Below are positions 1 through 13,413 of a stretch of DNA of 61,000 nucleotides, one piece after another. Position 1 is the first letter of the stretch. Each line of letters begins with the position of its first letter. Under the pieces are notes generated by a model, which searched no databases, had not been told where the DNA came from, and saw only the letters and a program-made list of their open reading frames with translations. The stretch covers positions 1 to 61,000 of the forward strand of contig JAAYCW010000009.1 of NCBI GenBank assembly GCA_012729575.1, in the 5' to 3' direction. Origin of the DNA: Actinomycetota bacterium. GTDB taxonomy: Bacteria > Actinomycetota > Thermoleophilia > RBG-16-64-13. The translations under genes and the position numbers were made by a program.

Positions 1-54
1 GATGCGATGTAGGGCTTTCTGTGCATTGAAAAGGACCTGGCCTTTGGGTATCAT
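1..54 (-). CDS. 5' end of an unidentified gene running off the window (partial)
   Basis: Minus-strand ATG at 54-52 with GGAGG 9 nt upstream (about 63-67). It reads MIPKGQVLFNAQKALHRI with no stop before the window edge. Too short to identify. Confidence 0.3.
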   Translation of the reverse strand, partial: MIPKGQVLFNAQKALHRI

Positions 55-86
55 CCGTGTTCGCCTCCGCGCGGGGTTTCGCGTGT

Positions 87-171
<85 letters not shown>

Positions 172-223
172 TCACGATGCACCCGCGGCCGGAGAAGCGG
201 TCAGCGGCAGGCTGGCTCAATGG

Positions 224-299
224 GCCTCCATAGCTCAGTTGGCAGAGCACTTCCATGGTAAGGAAGGGGTCTTCGGTTCAAATCCGAATGGGGGCTCCA
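224..299 (+). tRNA. tRNA-Thr (anticodon GGT), CCA encoded
   Basis: Acceptor GCCTCCA/TGGGGGC (one G-U pair), D arm TAGCTCAGTTGGCAGAGC, anticodon loop ATGGTAA, T arm TTCGG-TTCAAAT-CCGAA, 3' TCCA. Confidence 0.9.
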
Positions 300-305
300 T
301 GGTGG

Positions 306-379
306 GGCGGCGTAGCTCAGTCGGTCAGAGCAGCGGAATCATAATCCGCGTGTCAGAGGTTCGAGTCCTCTCGCCGCTA
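306..379 (+). tRNA. tRNA-Met (anticodon CAT, elongator-like), CCA not encoded
   Basis: Acceptor GGCGGCG/CGCCGCT, D arm TAGCTCAGTCGGTCAGAGC, anticodon stem-loop GCGGA-ATCATAA-TCCGC, T arm AGAGG-TTCGAGT-CCTCT. Position 1-72 is paired and there is no GGG/CCC anticodon stem, so it is not an initiator. A tRNA-Ile2 (lysidine) identity cannot be excluded. Confidence 0.85.
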
Positions 380-433
380 CCTCCGTTTGTGGTAGCATGC
401 ACGGGCGTTTAATGACTAGGAAGCGGTGAAGTA

Positions 434-583
434 ATGCGGGTACGGGTAACGATGGCTTGTCAGGAGTGCAAGCGCCGTAATTACAGCACTATGAAGAATA
501 AGCGCAACGATCCGGAGCGGATCGAATTGCGCAAGTACTGTAAATGGTGCGATACGGTCACGCTCCATAAGGAGACCAAGTAG
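434..583 (+). CDS. rpmG: 50S ribosomal protein L33 (Zn-ribbon form)
   Basis: 49-codon ORF absent from the ORF track: [49 protein letters not shown]. It has the L33 pattern (CxxC...RNDP.R+EL+K+C..C....H+E) and the classical position between tRNA-Met and tRNA-Trp upstream of secE. Confidence 0.9.
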   Translation: MRVRVTMACQECKRRNYSTMKNKRNDPERIELRKYCKWCDTVTLHKETK

Positions 584-609
584 TCCGGTATCGGGATACG
601 GGTAGGTGT

Positions 610-682
610 AGGGCAGTAGCTCCAACGGTAGAGCGCCGGTCTCCAAAACCGGATGTTGGGGGTTCGAATCCCTCCTGCCCTG
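610..682 (+). tRNA. tRNA-Trp (anticodon CCA), 3' CCA not encoded
   Basis: Acceptor AGGGCAG/CTGCCCT, D arm TAGCTCCAACGGTAGAGC, anticodon loop CTCCAAA, T arm GGGGG-TTCGAAT-CCCTC. Confidence 0.9.
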
Positions 683-713
683 CTTCTATTCCCGCGATGA
701 TCTAAACGAGGCC

Positions 714-1046
714 ATGGCAAAGACAGTGACTGACAAAACGGCGGGCAAGACCCAGGCCAAACAGGCCGGGGGTCTCAAGGGTGCGTTGTCGCGCTCCTCC
801 TCCAAAGTGGCGGGTGCGCGTCCCACTTCGGCTCCTCGGGGTGCGGTAAGCGAGAAGCCTCACGGCCGGATCCGTACCTTCCTTCGCGAGGTGCGCATCG
901 AGATGACCAAAGTCACCTGGCCGGCACGCAAGGAACTGCTGCAGGCTACGGCTGTCGTGGTCATCGCGGTGACCGTCGCCGCCGTCTACATCGGAGTCTT
1001 CGACTTCATCTGGAACACCATCGTACGCTCGGTCGGGTTGGGCTGA
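714..1046 (+). CDS. secE: preprotein translocase subunit SecE
   Basis: 110 aa with a basic N-terminal tail and a single C-terminal TM helix (LLQATAVVVIAVTVAAVYIGVFDFIW). Sits between tRNA-Trp and nusG. Confidence 0.9.
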   Translation: MAKTVTDKTAGKTQAKQAGGLKGALSRSSSKVAGARPTSAPRGAVSEKPHGRIRTFLREVRIEMTKVTWPARKELLQATAVVVIAVTVAAVYIGVFDFIWNTIVRSVGLG

Positions 1047-1055
1047 TCCACGGAC

Positions 1056-1613
1056 ATGAGCAGTACATCGCCGGGAGTCTCTTTGTCAATGGATGCGAAG
1101 TGGTACGTCATCAATACGTACTCGGGTCACGAGAATAAGGCTCGTACGAACCTGGAGCACCGCATCCAGTCGATGAACCAGGTCCAGTACTTCGAAGAGA
1201 TCGTCGTGCCCACCGAGCAGGTGGTGGAGACCAAGGGCGGGGAAAAGGTGCAGGTGGAAAAGCGCATCTTTCCCGGATATCTGCTGGTGAAGATGATCCT
1301 CACGGATGACTCGTGGTCTTTGGTGAAGAACACACCAGGTGTCACCGGCTTCGTGGGGTCGGAGAACAAGCCGACTCCGCTCATGCCGTCGGAGGTCGAC
1401 CGCATCTTGCACACCACCACGGTGGAGAAGCCCAAAGCCAAGGCCGAGTTCGTGGTCGGCGACCAAGTGCGGGTTGTGAACGGCCCTCTCACCGACTTCA
1501 CGGGCGAGGTGTCCGAGGTGAACATAGAGCAGAGCAAACTCAAGGTCATGGTATCCATCTTCGGCAGAGACACACCGACCGAGTTGGGCTTCGAGCAGGT
1601 CAAGAAGATCTAG
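1056..1613 (+). CDS. nusG: transcription termination/antitermination factor NusG
   Basis: NGN start [14 protein letters not shown] and KOW motif [18 protein letters not shown]. The internal in-frame ATG at 1089 is an alternative start. Confidence 0.95.
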   Translation: MSSTSPGVSLSMDAKWYVINTYSGHENKARTNLEHRIQSMNQVQYFEEIVVPTEQVVETKGGEKVQVEKRIFPGYLLVKMILTDDSWSLVKNTPGVTGFVGSENKPTPLMPSEVDRILHTTTVEKPKAKAEFVVGDQVRVVNGPLTDFTGEVSEVNIEQSKLKVMVSIFGRDTPTELGFEQVKKI

Positions 1614-1659
1614 CGCCTATCAGCAGCGCAGATCCACAAGAGAGAGACGGAGATTCAAG

Positions 1660-2085
1660 GTGGCTAAGAAGGTACGGGCGATAGTCAAGTTGCAGATCGT
1701 CGGGGGCAAAGCCAGCCCGGCTCCTCCCGTCGGCCCTGCTTTGGGTCAGCATGGCGTCAACATCATGGAGTTCTGCAAGGCGTACAATGCGGCCACCCAG
1801 GATCGCGTCGATCAGGTAGTTCCCGTGGAGTTGACGGTCTTCGAGGACCGCTCCTTCACGTTCATCCTGAAGACGGCGCCGGCGGCCGTCCTTATCCGAG
1901 AGGCGGCCGGCATAGCGAAGGGGAGTGGCAACCCCCGCAAGGAGAAGGTGGGGAAGATCACCAAGGAACAACTCCGCCGGATCGCCGAGGTGAAGATGCC
2001 CGATCTGAACGCGCATGATGTTGACGCGGCTATGAACATCCTGGCCGGCACTGCGCGCAGCATGGGAGTGACAGTCGTAGATTAA
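1660..2085 (+). CDS. rplK: 50S ribosomal protein L11
   Basis: GTG start; [34 protein letters not shown]. Confidence 0.97.
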   Translation: MAKKVRAIVKLQIVGGKASPAPPVGPALGQHGVNIMEFCKAYNAATQDRVDQVVPVELTVFEDRSFTFILKTAPAAVLIREAAGIAKGSGNPRKEKVGKITKEQLRRIAEVKMPDLNAHDVDAAMNILAGTARSMGVTVVD

Positions 2086-2149
2086 TCCCGCAAAGCGGGT
2101 CTGAAGGTGGGAGGGCAGGGTGCCCGTCTGACCACCAGGAGGTGCCACC

Positions 2150-2863
2150 ATGAGTAAGGATTCCAAGCGCTTCAAAGAGGCCAAGAAGGCTGTCGAGCCC
2201 GGCCGCACGTATACTCCTTTGGAAGCCGCGAATCTGCTGAAGGGTCTTGATACGGCCAGCTTCGACGAGACCGTCGAGGTCCACCTCAAACTGGGAGTCA
2301 ATCCCCGCCACGCGGATCAGCAGGTGCGCGGCACTGTCATGCTCCCACACGGCACCGGCAAGACCGTCCGGGTGGCTGTTTTCGCGAAGGGCGAGAAGGC
2401 GACCGAAGCCGAAGCGGCGGGTGCCGATCTCGTAGGCGCCGAAGATCTGGCGGCTGAGGTCGAGGGGGGAATGCTCGACTTCGATGCGGCCATCGCCACT
2501 CCCGACATGATGGGGGTGGTGGGCAAGCTGGGTCGGGTATTGGGGCCGCGAGGGTTGATGCCCAATCCAAAGGCGGGCACGGTCACATTCGAAGTGGGTA
2601 AGGCCGTGACCGATATGAAGGGCGGCAAGGTCGAGTATCGAACCGACAAGTTCGGCGTGATCCACCTGATCGTGGGCAAGAAGTCCTTCAGCGCCGAGCA
2701 ACTGGTGGCCAACTATGGCGAAGTGCTCGGGGAGATCATACGGGCCAAGCCGGCGGCTGCGAAAGGGAAGTACCTCCGTACTATCACCATGACGACCACC
2801 ATGGGCCCGGGCGTTCCCTTGGACACATCGAAGACGCACGGTCTTGCGGAGGAGGAAACATAG
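2150..2863 (+). CDS. rplA: 50S ribosomal protein L1
   Basis: 237 aa; [26 protein letters not shown], typical L1; follows rplK. Confidence 0.97.
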   Translation: MSKDSKRFKEAKKAVEPGRTYTPLEAANLLKGLDTASFDETVEVHLKLGVNPRHADQQVRGTVMLPHGTGKTVRVAVFAKGEKATEAEAAGADLVGAEDLAAEVEGGMLDFDAAIATPDMMGVVGKLGRVLGPRGLMPNPKAGTVTFEVGKAVTDMKGGKVEYRTDKFGVIHLIVGKKSFSAEQLVANYGEVLGEIIRAKPAAAKGKYLRTITMTTTMGPGVPLDTSKTHGLAEEET

Positions 2864-3071
2864 TCGGGTGCAGTCTGCTATAATCCCGCCCGCAATCCGC
2901 CGGAGACAGCTGGTGCCGCCCAGGTGGCATAAGTGGTGAGGTATTTACCAGGCCGACCCGCCAGCCGAGGCAGAGTGAGACGCGCATAGCGGTTCGTAAG
3001 GACTTGTGAAGTCATCGTCCACCTCTGCTGTTGGAGGTGGACGATTCTTTTTGCGAAGGAGGTGACACAGT
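2864..3071 (+). promoter_or_regulatory. rplJ (L10) leader region with candidate extended -10 promoter
   Basis: 208-nt untranslated gap. TGcTATAAT lies at 2876-2884, followed by a structured GC-rich leader and the attenuator hairpin listed separately. Confidence 0.55.
3015..3052 (+). terminator. intrinsic terminator/attenuator hairpin inside the L10 leader
   Basis: Perfect 11-bp stem TCGTCCACCTC (3015-3025) / GAGGTGGACGA (3034-3044) with an 8-nt loop, followed by TTCTTTTT, 20 nt before the rplJ start. Confidence 0.75.
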
Positions 3072-3596
3072 ATGCCGAGAGAGGACAAGATCGAAGCGGT
3101 CAGGGAGATCGCCGCGGATCTTCAGTCTGCCAATGTCTATTACTTCGTCGACTATCGTGGTCTCACGTTTTCAGAGGCCACAGAACTACGAGCCCGTTTG
3201 GCCAAGGCCGATGCCAGCCTGAAGGTGGTGAAGAACACCTTAGCTAAGATCGCGGCCGCGGATGCGGGCGTGGAGGGATTGACCGAGCTCTTCCAGGGTC
3301 CGACGGCGATAGCCTACTGCCATGGTGATCCGGTGCAGGCGGCGAAGGCTTTGCAGGACTTCATCCGAGAGAAGAAGAAGGCCGCGATCCGTGGTGGCAA
3401 GTTGGACCGGTCGCTTCTGGATGCTGCAGATGTCGAGAAGCTGTCGACTTTGCCCAGCCGAGAGCAGCTCATTGCGCAGATGGTTGGGGCTATTGCCTCG
3501 CCGTTGACGGGCCTCGCCAACGTGCTGAATGGTCCTGTCAGGGGGCTGGTGGTTGCACTCGCTCAGATTCAGGAGCAGAAAGCCAACGCTGCCTGA
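3072..3596 (+). CDS. rplJ: 50S ribosomal protein L10
   Basis: 174 aa; KIEAVREIAADLQSANVYYFVDYRGLT; precedes rplL. Confidence 0.96.
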   Translation: MPREDKIEAVREIAADLQSANVYYFVDYRGLTFSEATELRARLAKADASLKVVKNTLAKIAAADAGVEGLTELFQGPTAIAYCHGDPVQAAKALQDFIREKKKAAIRGGKLDRSLLDAADVEKLSTLPSREQLIAQMVGAIASPLTGLANVLNGPVRGLVVALAQIQEQKANAA

Positions 3597-3713
3597 CGTG
3601 TTCGTACTCGCATGCAGAGAGAAGCTCCGCCTGCGGGCGCGAGCGACGTGAGGAACTTAAGAGATAAATGAGAGACAAGAGGGAATCTGAGAGTCGAAAG
3701 GAGTTGAGCTAAG

Positions 3714-4094
3714 GTGACCCCTGAACAGCTCATCGAAGAGATCAAGCAGATGACGGTGCTGGAACTATCCCAGTTGGTGAAGGCGCTGGAAGAGGAGTTC
3801 GGTGTTACGGCTGCGGCTCCGGTGGCGGTTGCGGCTGCACCGGCGGCCGGCGCTGCAGGCGCCGCTGCGGCGGAGGAAGAACAGACTGAGTTCGATGTGA
3901 TACTCAAAGCCGCAGGTGAGAAGAAGATCAACGTTATCAAGGTAGTTCGGGCACTCACCGGCTTGGGCTTGAAAGAGGCCAAGGATCTGGTCGACGGCGC
4001 ACCGAATCCGGTGAAGCAGGCTGTGCCGAAGGCTGAAGCCGAGGACGTCAAGAAGCAGTTGGAGGAAGCCGGCGCGGACGTCGAGGTCAAGTAG
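3714..4094 (+). CDS. rplL: 50S ribosomal protein L7/L12
   Basis: GTG start; Ala-rich hinge [23 protein letters not shown] and C-terminal domain [23 protein letters not shown]. Confidence 0.97.
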   Translation: MTPEQLIEEIKQMTVLELSQLVKALEEEFGVTAAAPVAVAAAPAAGAAGAAAAEEEQTEFDVILKAAGEKKINVIKVVRALTGLGLKEAKDLVDGAPNPVKQAVPKAEAEDVKKQLEEAGADVEVK

Positions 4095-4106
4095 TCTGTA
4101 AGAGCC

Positions 4107-4133
4107 GCTGGGGCGGGCAGGCCGCGCCCCAGC
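4107..4133 (+). terminator. rplL-rpoB intergenic hairpin (partial terminator/attenuator)
   Basis: 11-bp stem GCTGGGGCGGG / CCGCGCCCCAGC region (4107-4117 with 4122-4133), 4-nt loop, followed by TTGTTGT. Confidence 0.6.
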
Positions 4134-4142
4134 TTGTTGTGG

Positions 4143-4186
4143 GCCCGACTCGGGCGGAATCCATCCGGGTTCTAACCGAGTCGGGC
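4143..4186 (+). promoter_or_regulatory. second long stem-loop in the rplL-rpoB spacer
   Basis: Perfect 11-bp stem GCCCGACTCGG (4143-4153) / CCGAGTCGGGC (4176-4186) enclosing a 22-nt loop. Confidence 0.5.
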
Positions 4187-4272
4187 TTGTCGCGCATCCC
4201 TAGCAGTGATAGCATACAGGGTTGCGCGTTGTACCCCTGTGCAAAACCCTGGCATGCGAGGAGTGATCCCCT

Positions 4273-7200
4273 TTGGGCGAAAGGAAGACTCCCAGACCGC
4301 GAACATCTTTCTCCAACCTACCGCAGATTCTAGAAGTCCCCAACCTCATCCAGATCCAGACCAAGTCGTTCGAGTGGTTCAAGACCGAAGGCCTCAAAGA
4401 GACCATCCAGGACATCAACCCCATCGAGGACTACACGGGCAACTATGCCGTGGAGTTCGGGGATTATGAGTTTCACGAACCTGCGCTGACACTCAAAGAA
4501 TGCCGGGACAAGGACCAGACGTATGCAGCGCCGTTGTTCATCACGGTGCGTTTCGTCAATCGTGAATCGGGAGAGATAAGAGAACAGAACGTCTTCATGG
4601 GCGACTTCCCCATGATGACCGAGCAGGGCACGTTCATCATCAACGGCACCGAGAGAGTCATAGTCACTCAGTTGGTGCGCTCTCCGGGTGCGTACGTGAT
4701 GGCCGCCAAAGACCCCACGAAGCAGGTGCTGGTGGCAAATCTCATGCCGGCCCGCGGTTCGTGGCTGGAGTTCGAGATCGACAAGAGGGCGACCGTTTCT
4801 GTACGCATCGACCGGAAGCGGAAACTGCCCGCCACCGTCTTTTTACGTGCTCTGGCCGGGATAGATTCCGAACGGACCAAGGATGAGCCGGGTCTTCTCT
4901 CGCAGGGGACCGACGAGGAAATAATCGCTCTATTCGATGATAATCCCTTCATCAAGGCCACCCTGGAGAAAGACTCGGTCCGTTCTGTGGACGAGGCCCT
5001 GGTGGAGTTGTTCAAGAAGCAGCGTCCTGGCGAGCCTCCCACTCTTGAGGCCAGCCGCAATCTGCTCTGGAACATCTGCTTCGATCCCAAGCGCTACGAT
5101 CTCACCAAAGTGGGCCGGCACAAGCTGAACGCCCGTCTGGGCCTCGAGACTGATCTCGACGTGCGCACTCTTACCAAGGCCGACATCATCGCTCTGGTCA
5201 AGGAACTGGTGGCAGTGCCGCTCGCCATCGACCATGAGCACCTTCTGGAAGAAGCCAAGGACTTGGCCGACGTGGCTCCCAGTCTGCCGTGGGATGAGGT
5301 GGCCAACAGGCTCGATGAGTATGAGCATTTCGGCAACCGGCGCCTGCGTATGGTGGGCGAACTGGTGCAGGAGGCCTTCAGAGTGGGGCTTTACCGGATG
5401 GAGCGCGTGGTGCGGGAGCGCATGACTACCGAAGATGTCGATACCATCACCCCACAGTCGATCATCAACATCCGGCCGGTGGTGGCCGCGCTCAAGGAGT
5501 TCTACGGGAGCTCCCAGCTATCGCAGTTCATGGACCAGACCAACTCGCTCGCGGGTCTCACCCATCGTCGGAGACTCTCCGCCCTGGGGGCCGGGGGGTT
5601 GACGAGGGAGCGGGCTCCCATCGAGGTCCGCGACGTGCATCCCACCCACTACGGGCGCATGTGCCCTATCGAGACGCCTGAAGGGCCGAACATCGGCCTC
5701 ATCGGCTCTCTGTCCAGCTATGCCACGGTGAACCAGTTCGGTTTCATCCAGACCCCCTACTTGCGGGTAATGGGCGGCAAGGTGAGCAAGGAGATCGTCT
5801 GGCTCACGGCCTACGAGGAAGAGAAGTACACCATCGCCCAGGCGAACGCGTTGGTCGATCCTAAGACCAGGACCTTCGTGGAGGAGGCGGTCATGGCCCG
5901 GGCGCCGGGCGGCGAGTACGTGAGCGCACGGCGGGAAGACATCGACTTCATGGACGTGTCTCCGCAACAGATAGTGTCTGTGGCGACGGCTCTCGTGCCT
6001 TTCCTCGAACACAACGACGCCAACCGGGCCCTCATGGGTTCGAACATGCAACGTCAGGCGGTCCCGCTCCTGGAGGCCGAGGCGCCGCTCATCGGTACCG
6101 GAATGGAGTTCCGCGCCGCGGTCGATACGGGTGATGTCCTTCTGGCGAAGAAGGCGGGCAAGGTGCGGAGCGTGTCGGCGAACCGGATCCTCATGGAGAC
6201 CGAGGACGGTGAAGTGGAATCCCACGACCTGCTCAAGTTTGAGCGCTCCAATCAGGGGACGTTCATACATCAGAAGCCGGTGGTCAAGGTGGGCGACACC
6301 GTCGCCCCAGGCGCGGTTCTGGCTGACGGAGCCTCCACCAAAGACGGAGAGCTGGCTCTCGGCCGCAACCTGCTGGTCGCCTTCATGAGCTGGGAAGGCT
6401 ACAACTTCGAAGACTCCATCATCATCAGTGAACGGCTCGTCAAGGACGACGTTCTCACCTCGGTGCACATCGAGGAGTACGAGGTGGAGGCTCGCTCCAC
6501 CAAGCTGGGCGATGAAGAGATCACCCGGGATATCCCCAACCGTTCCGAGGAATCTCTGGCCGACTTGGATGAGTACGGCATCGTGCGCATCGGGGCGGAG
6601 GTCTCATCCGGAGACCTCCTGGTGGGGAAGATCACCCCTAAGGGAGAGACCGAGCTTACGGCGGAGGAGAAACTCATCAGGGCCATCTTCAAGGAAAAAG
6701 CTCGGGAGGTGAGAGACACTTCGCTCAAGGTTCCACACGGCGAGAAGGGCGTGGTGATCGACGTCAAGGAGTTCTCCCGTGAGGCCGGCGACGACCTCTC
6801 CCCGGGCGTCAATCGTCTGGTACGGGTCTATGTGGCTAAGAAGCGCAAGATCGCCGAGGGCGATAAGCTGGCCGGCCGTCATGGCAACAAGGGCGTGATC
6901 TCCAAGATCGTGCCCGAAGAGGATATGCCCTTCCTGGAAGATGGCACACCGGTGGACATCATCCTCAACCCTCTGGGCGTGCCGTCGCGCATGAACATCG
7001 GCCAGGTCATGGAGACGCACCTGGGCTGGGCCGCTCATCACGGCTTCTACCAGCTGAAACGCAACAAGAAGAACCTGGAAGCGGATCCCCTGCTGGTGGG
7101 CGGGGAAGACCTCTCCCTCGAGCAGCAGCTCGACCTGGTCAAGAAGTACTACGACGTGGCGGACGACTCCACCGGCCAAGGTCCTGTCCCCATCGCTACC

Positions 7201-8031
7201 CCTGTGTTCGACGGGGCATCCCAGGAAGAGGTGGACGAGGCCCTGATGGGATGGGTTTTCGCCCATCGGACGGATGCCCCCGACCCGCTCAAGGTCAAGA
7301 TGCCTATCAGCCTGGACAACAGCCCGGGGACCCGGGTGGCCGGCAAGGTGAAGCTCTACAACGGCCGCACGGGTGAGCCATATGATCAGAACATCACAGT
7401 CGGCTACATGTACATTCTGAAGTTGCACCATCTGGTCGACGACAAGATTCACGCCCGGTCTACCGGCCCCTATTCCCTGGTGACCCAGCAGCCGCTTGGT
7501 GGCAAGGCACAATTCGGCGGTCAGCGCTTCGGCGAGATGGAGGTGTGGGCGTTGGAGGCTTATGGCGCCGCCTACACCTTGCAGGAGATGCTCACCATCA
7601 AGTCTGACGACACGCAGGGACGGGTCAAGGCGTACGAAGCGATCGTCAAGGGCGAGAACATCGCTCGCCCGGGAGTGCCGGAATCGTTCAAGGTCCTGCT
7701 TAAGGAGATGCAGTCTCTGGCCCTCGACATCCAAGTTATAAGCGAGGAGGGCGGCTCCCTCGAGATAGCGGAGGAAGAGGACGATCTGCTCCGAGCCGCT
7801 GAGGAATTGGGGATCGATCTCAGTGCACGCTATCGGGCCGAAGAACGGGCTGAGGAAGCAGCCGCTGCCCTCACGCCCACTCACACGGGGTCGGAGTTGG
7901 ACGAGCAGCCGGATGACGAGGAGGAAGCCGACGAGTTCGAAGGTGCGCCTGAGCTCGGGGCGTTCGGTATGGACGTGGACCCGGATTCTGACGACGTTCA
8001 ACTCTCTCGCCTCGCCGACGACGTGGAATAG
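4273..8031 (+). CDS. rpoB: DNA-directed RNA polymerase subunit beta
   Basis: TTG start; 1252 aa; conserved blocks [48 protein letters not shown]. Has a long acidic C-terminal tail. Confidence 0.98.
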   Translation: MGERKTPRPRTSFSNLPQILEVPNLIQIQTKSFEWFKTEGLKETIQDINPIEDYTGNYAVEFGDYEFHEPALTLKECRDKDQTYAAPLFITVRFVNRESGEIREQNVFMGDFPMMTEQGTFIINGTERVIVTQLVRSPGAYVMAAKDPTKQVLVANLMPARGSWLEFEIDKRATVSVRIDRKRKLPATVFLRALAGIDSERTKDEPGLLSQGTDEEIIALFDDNPFIKATLEKDSVRSVDEALVELFKKQRPGEPPTLEASRNLLWNICFDPKRYDLTKVGRHKLNARLGLETDLDVRTLTKADIIALVKELVAVPLAIDHEHLLEEAKDLADVAPSLPWDEVANRLDEYEHFGNRRLRMVGELVQEAFRVGLYRMERVVRERMTTEDVDTITPQSIINIRPVVAALKEFYGSSQLSQFMDQTNSLAGLTHRRRLSALGAGGLTRERAPIEVRDVHPTHYGRMCPIETPEGPNIGLIGSLSSYATVNQFGFIQTPYLRVMGGKVSKEIVWLTAYEEEKYTIAQANALVDPKTRTFVEEAVMARAPGGEYVSARREDIDFMDVSPQQIVSVATALVPFLEHNDANRALMGSNMQRQAVPLLEAEAPLIGTGMEFRAAVDTGDVLLAKKAGKVRSVSANRILMETEDGEVESHDLLKFERSNQGTFIHQKPVVKVGDTVAPGAVLADGASTKDGELALGRNLLVAFMSWEGYNFEDSIIISERLVKDDVLTSVHIEEYEVEARSTKLGDEEITRDIPNRSEESLADLDEYGIVRIGAEVSSGDLLVGKITPKGETELTAEEKLIRAIFKEKAREVRDTSLKVPHGEKGVVIDVKEFSREAGDDLSPGVNRLVRVYVAKKRKIAEGDKLAGRHGNKGVISKIVPEEDMPFLEDGTPVDIILNPLGVPSRMNIGQVMETHLGWAAHHGFYQLKRNKKNLEADPLLVGGEDLSLEQQLDLVKKYYDVADDSTGQGPVPIATPVFDGASQEEVDEALMGWVFAHRTDAPDPLKVKMPISLDNSPGTRVAGKVKLYNGRTGEPYDQNITVGYMYILKLHHLVDDKIHARSTGPYSLVTQQPLGGKAQFGGQRFGEMEVWALEAYGAAYTLQEMLTIKSDDTQGRVKAYEAIVKGENIARPGVPESFKVLLKEMQSLALDIQVISEEGGSLEIAEEEDDLLRAAEELGIDLSARYRAEERAEEAAAALTPTHTGSELDEQPDDEEEADEFEGAPELGAFGMDVDPDSDDVQLSRLADDVE

Positions 8032-8040
8032 GAGCCTTCG

Positions 8041-12363
<4,323 letters not shown>

Positions 12364-12385
12364 GCACGGGCTTCGCAGCGCTTGC

Positions 12386-12407
12386 GGGGGCCTTCTTGCA
12401 GGCCCCC
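12386..12407 (+). terminator. GC stem-loop after rpoC (weak terminator candidate)
   Basis: GGGGGCC (12386-12392) / GGCCCCC (12401-12407) with an 8-nt loop. No clean T-tract follows. Confidence 0.4.
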
Positions 12408-12424
12408 CGGCGCTTTGCTATACT
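12396..12424 (+). promoter_or_regulatory. candidate promoter of the rpsL-rpsG-fusA-tuf operon
   Basis: -35 TTGCAG (12396-12401), 17-nt spacer, extended -10 TGcTATACT (12416-12424). Confidence 0.5.
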
Positions 12425-12512
12425 TCGCGGCCGCTGCGCGGCGAGACGCGGGATATGCCTGTGCCTGCGCGGTGGCCGATGGACATCAGAGACAAGTAGA
12501 CGAGGAGTTCGT

Positions 12513-12884
12513 GTGCCGACGATCAACCAGTTGATCCGCAAGGGCCGCCAGGCACAGTCCAAGAGGACCAAGACCCCGGCTCTAAAAGGCGCGCCACAGA
12601 AGCGTGGCGTGTGCACGCGTGTGTATACCACTACGCCCAAGAAGCCCAACTCGGCCCTGAGGAAGGTGGCACGCGTGCGGCTGGTCAATGGGATGGAAGT
12701 TACCGCTTACATCCCGGGGATAGGGCACAATCTGCAGGAGCACTCCGTGGTCCTTATCCGTGGTGGGCGTGTGAGGGACCTTCCAGGTGTGCGTTACAAG
12801 ATCATCCGCGCAGCTCTCGACTCCGCCGGCGTGGCGAACCGCAAGCGGGGCCGCTCTAAGTACGGCGCCAAATTGGGCAAGTAG
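12513..12884 (+). CDS. rpsL: 30S ribosomal protein S12
   Basis: GTG at 12513 preceded by GAGGAG; [12 protein letters not shown]...[24 protein letters not shown]. The ORF-track start at 12396 is an upstream over-extension. Confidence 0.96.
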   Translation: MPTINQLIRKGRQAQSKRTKTPALKGAPQKRGVCTRVYTTTPKKPNSALRKVARVRLVNGMEVTAYIPGIGHNLQEHSVVLIRGGRVRDLPGVRYKIIRAALDSAGVANRKRGRSKYGAKLGK

Positions 12885-12907
12885 GACAGGAAGGCACTAG
12901 AGAAGCC

Positions 12908-13378
12908 ATGTCAAGAAGAGTAAGAGCAGCGAAGCGGGATATCCAGCCCGACCCCGTCTACCGGAGCCGGTTGGTCACCCAGATCGTCAATCGTCTGATG
13001 TTGGACGGCAAGAAGTCTACCTCTGAACGCATCATGTACGATGCCATGAACATCCTGCGCGAGCGTACAGGCGGTGATCCTGCGGGTGTCTTGAAAGACG
13101 CGGTGGAGAATGTCCGGCCGGCTCTCGAGGTCCGCTCTCGCCGGGTCGGCGGGGCCAACTACCAGGTGCCGGTGGAAGTACCCACCCGGCGCTCGTACAC
13201 GTTGGCGGTCCGCTGGATCGTCACGCACAGCCGTGACCGTCGTGAGCACACGATGGCCGAGCGGTTGGCCGGAGAACTCCTGGACGGCTACAACCGGACC
13301 GGCGTCACCATGAAGAAGAAGGAAGACCTACTGCGTATGGCTGAGGCCAACAGGGCGTTTGCACACTACCGCTGGTAG
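12908..13378 (+). CDS. rpsG: 30S ribosomal protein S7
   Basis: 156 aa; [29 protein letters not shown]. Confidence 0.97.
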   Translation: MSRRVRAAKRDIQPDPVYRSRLVTQIVNRLMLDGKKSTSERIMYDAMNILRERTGGDPAGVLKDAVENVRPALEVRSRRVGGANYQVPVEVPTRRSYTLAVRWIVTHSRDRREHTMAERLAGELLDGYNRTGVTMKKKEDLLRMAEANRAFAHYRW

Positions 13379-13413
13379 CGGGGTAGGCGCTGAAGAGGTC
13401 AAGGGAAGGACAC

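Noticed and set aside
3597-3713. Unusually long (117 nt) purine-rich rplJ-rplL spacer as a possible regulatory RNA
   Set aside because: I could find no convincing stem-loop or repeat. It is probably an unstructured spacer with an SD (AAAGGAG) before the GTG start.
6604-8001. Long antisense ORFs opposite core genes. Examples are 6604-8001, 8977-10287, 18300-19460, 30557-31693, 53927-54907, 55655-56584 and 57176-58591 (all minus strand), plus many shorter ones.
   Set aside because: They lie entirely opposite strongly recognisable conserved genes. Their translations are Arg/Pro/Gly/His-rich low-complexity strings with no motifs. They are the expected stop-codon-poor shadow frames of GC-rich DNA.
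12396-12512. Upstream extensions in the ORF track for rpsL and similarly for rpmC, rplF, rpsE, rpmD, infA, rpmE, rpiB, glyA, dCMP deaminase, the CoA-binding protein and DUF1385
   Set aside because: In each case the extension overlaps the preceding gene or a promoter or hairpin. A downstream in-frame ATG/GTG/TTG with a Shine-Dalgarno sequence reproduces the conserved family N-terminus.
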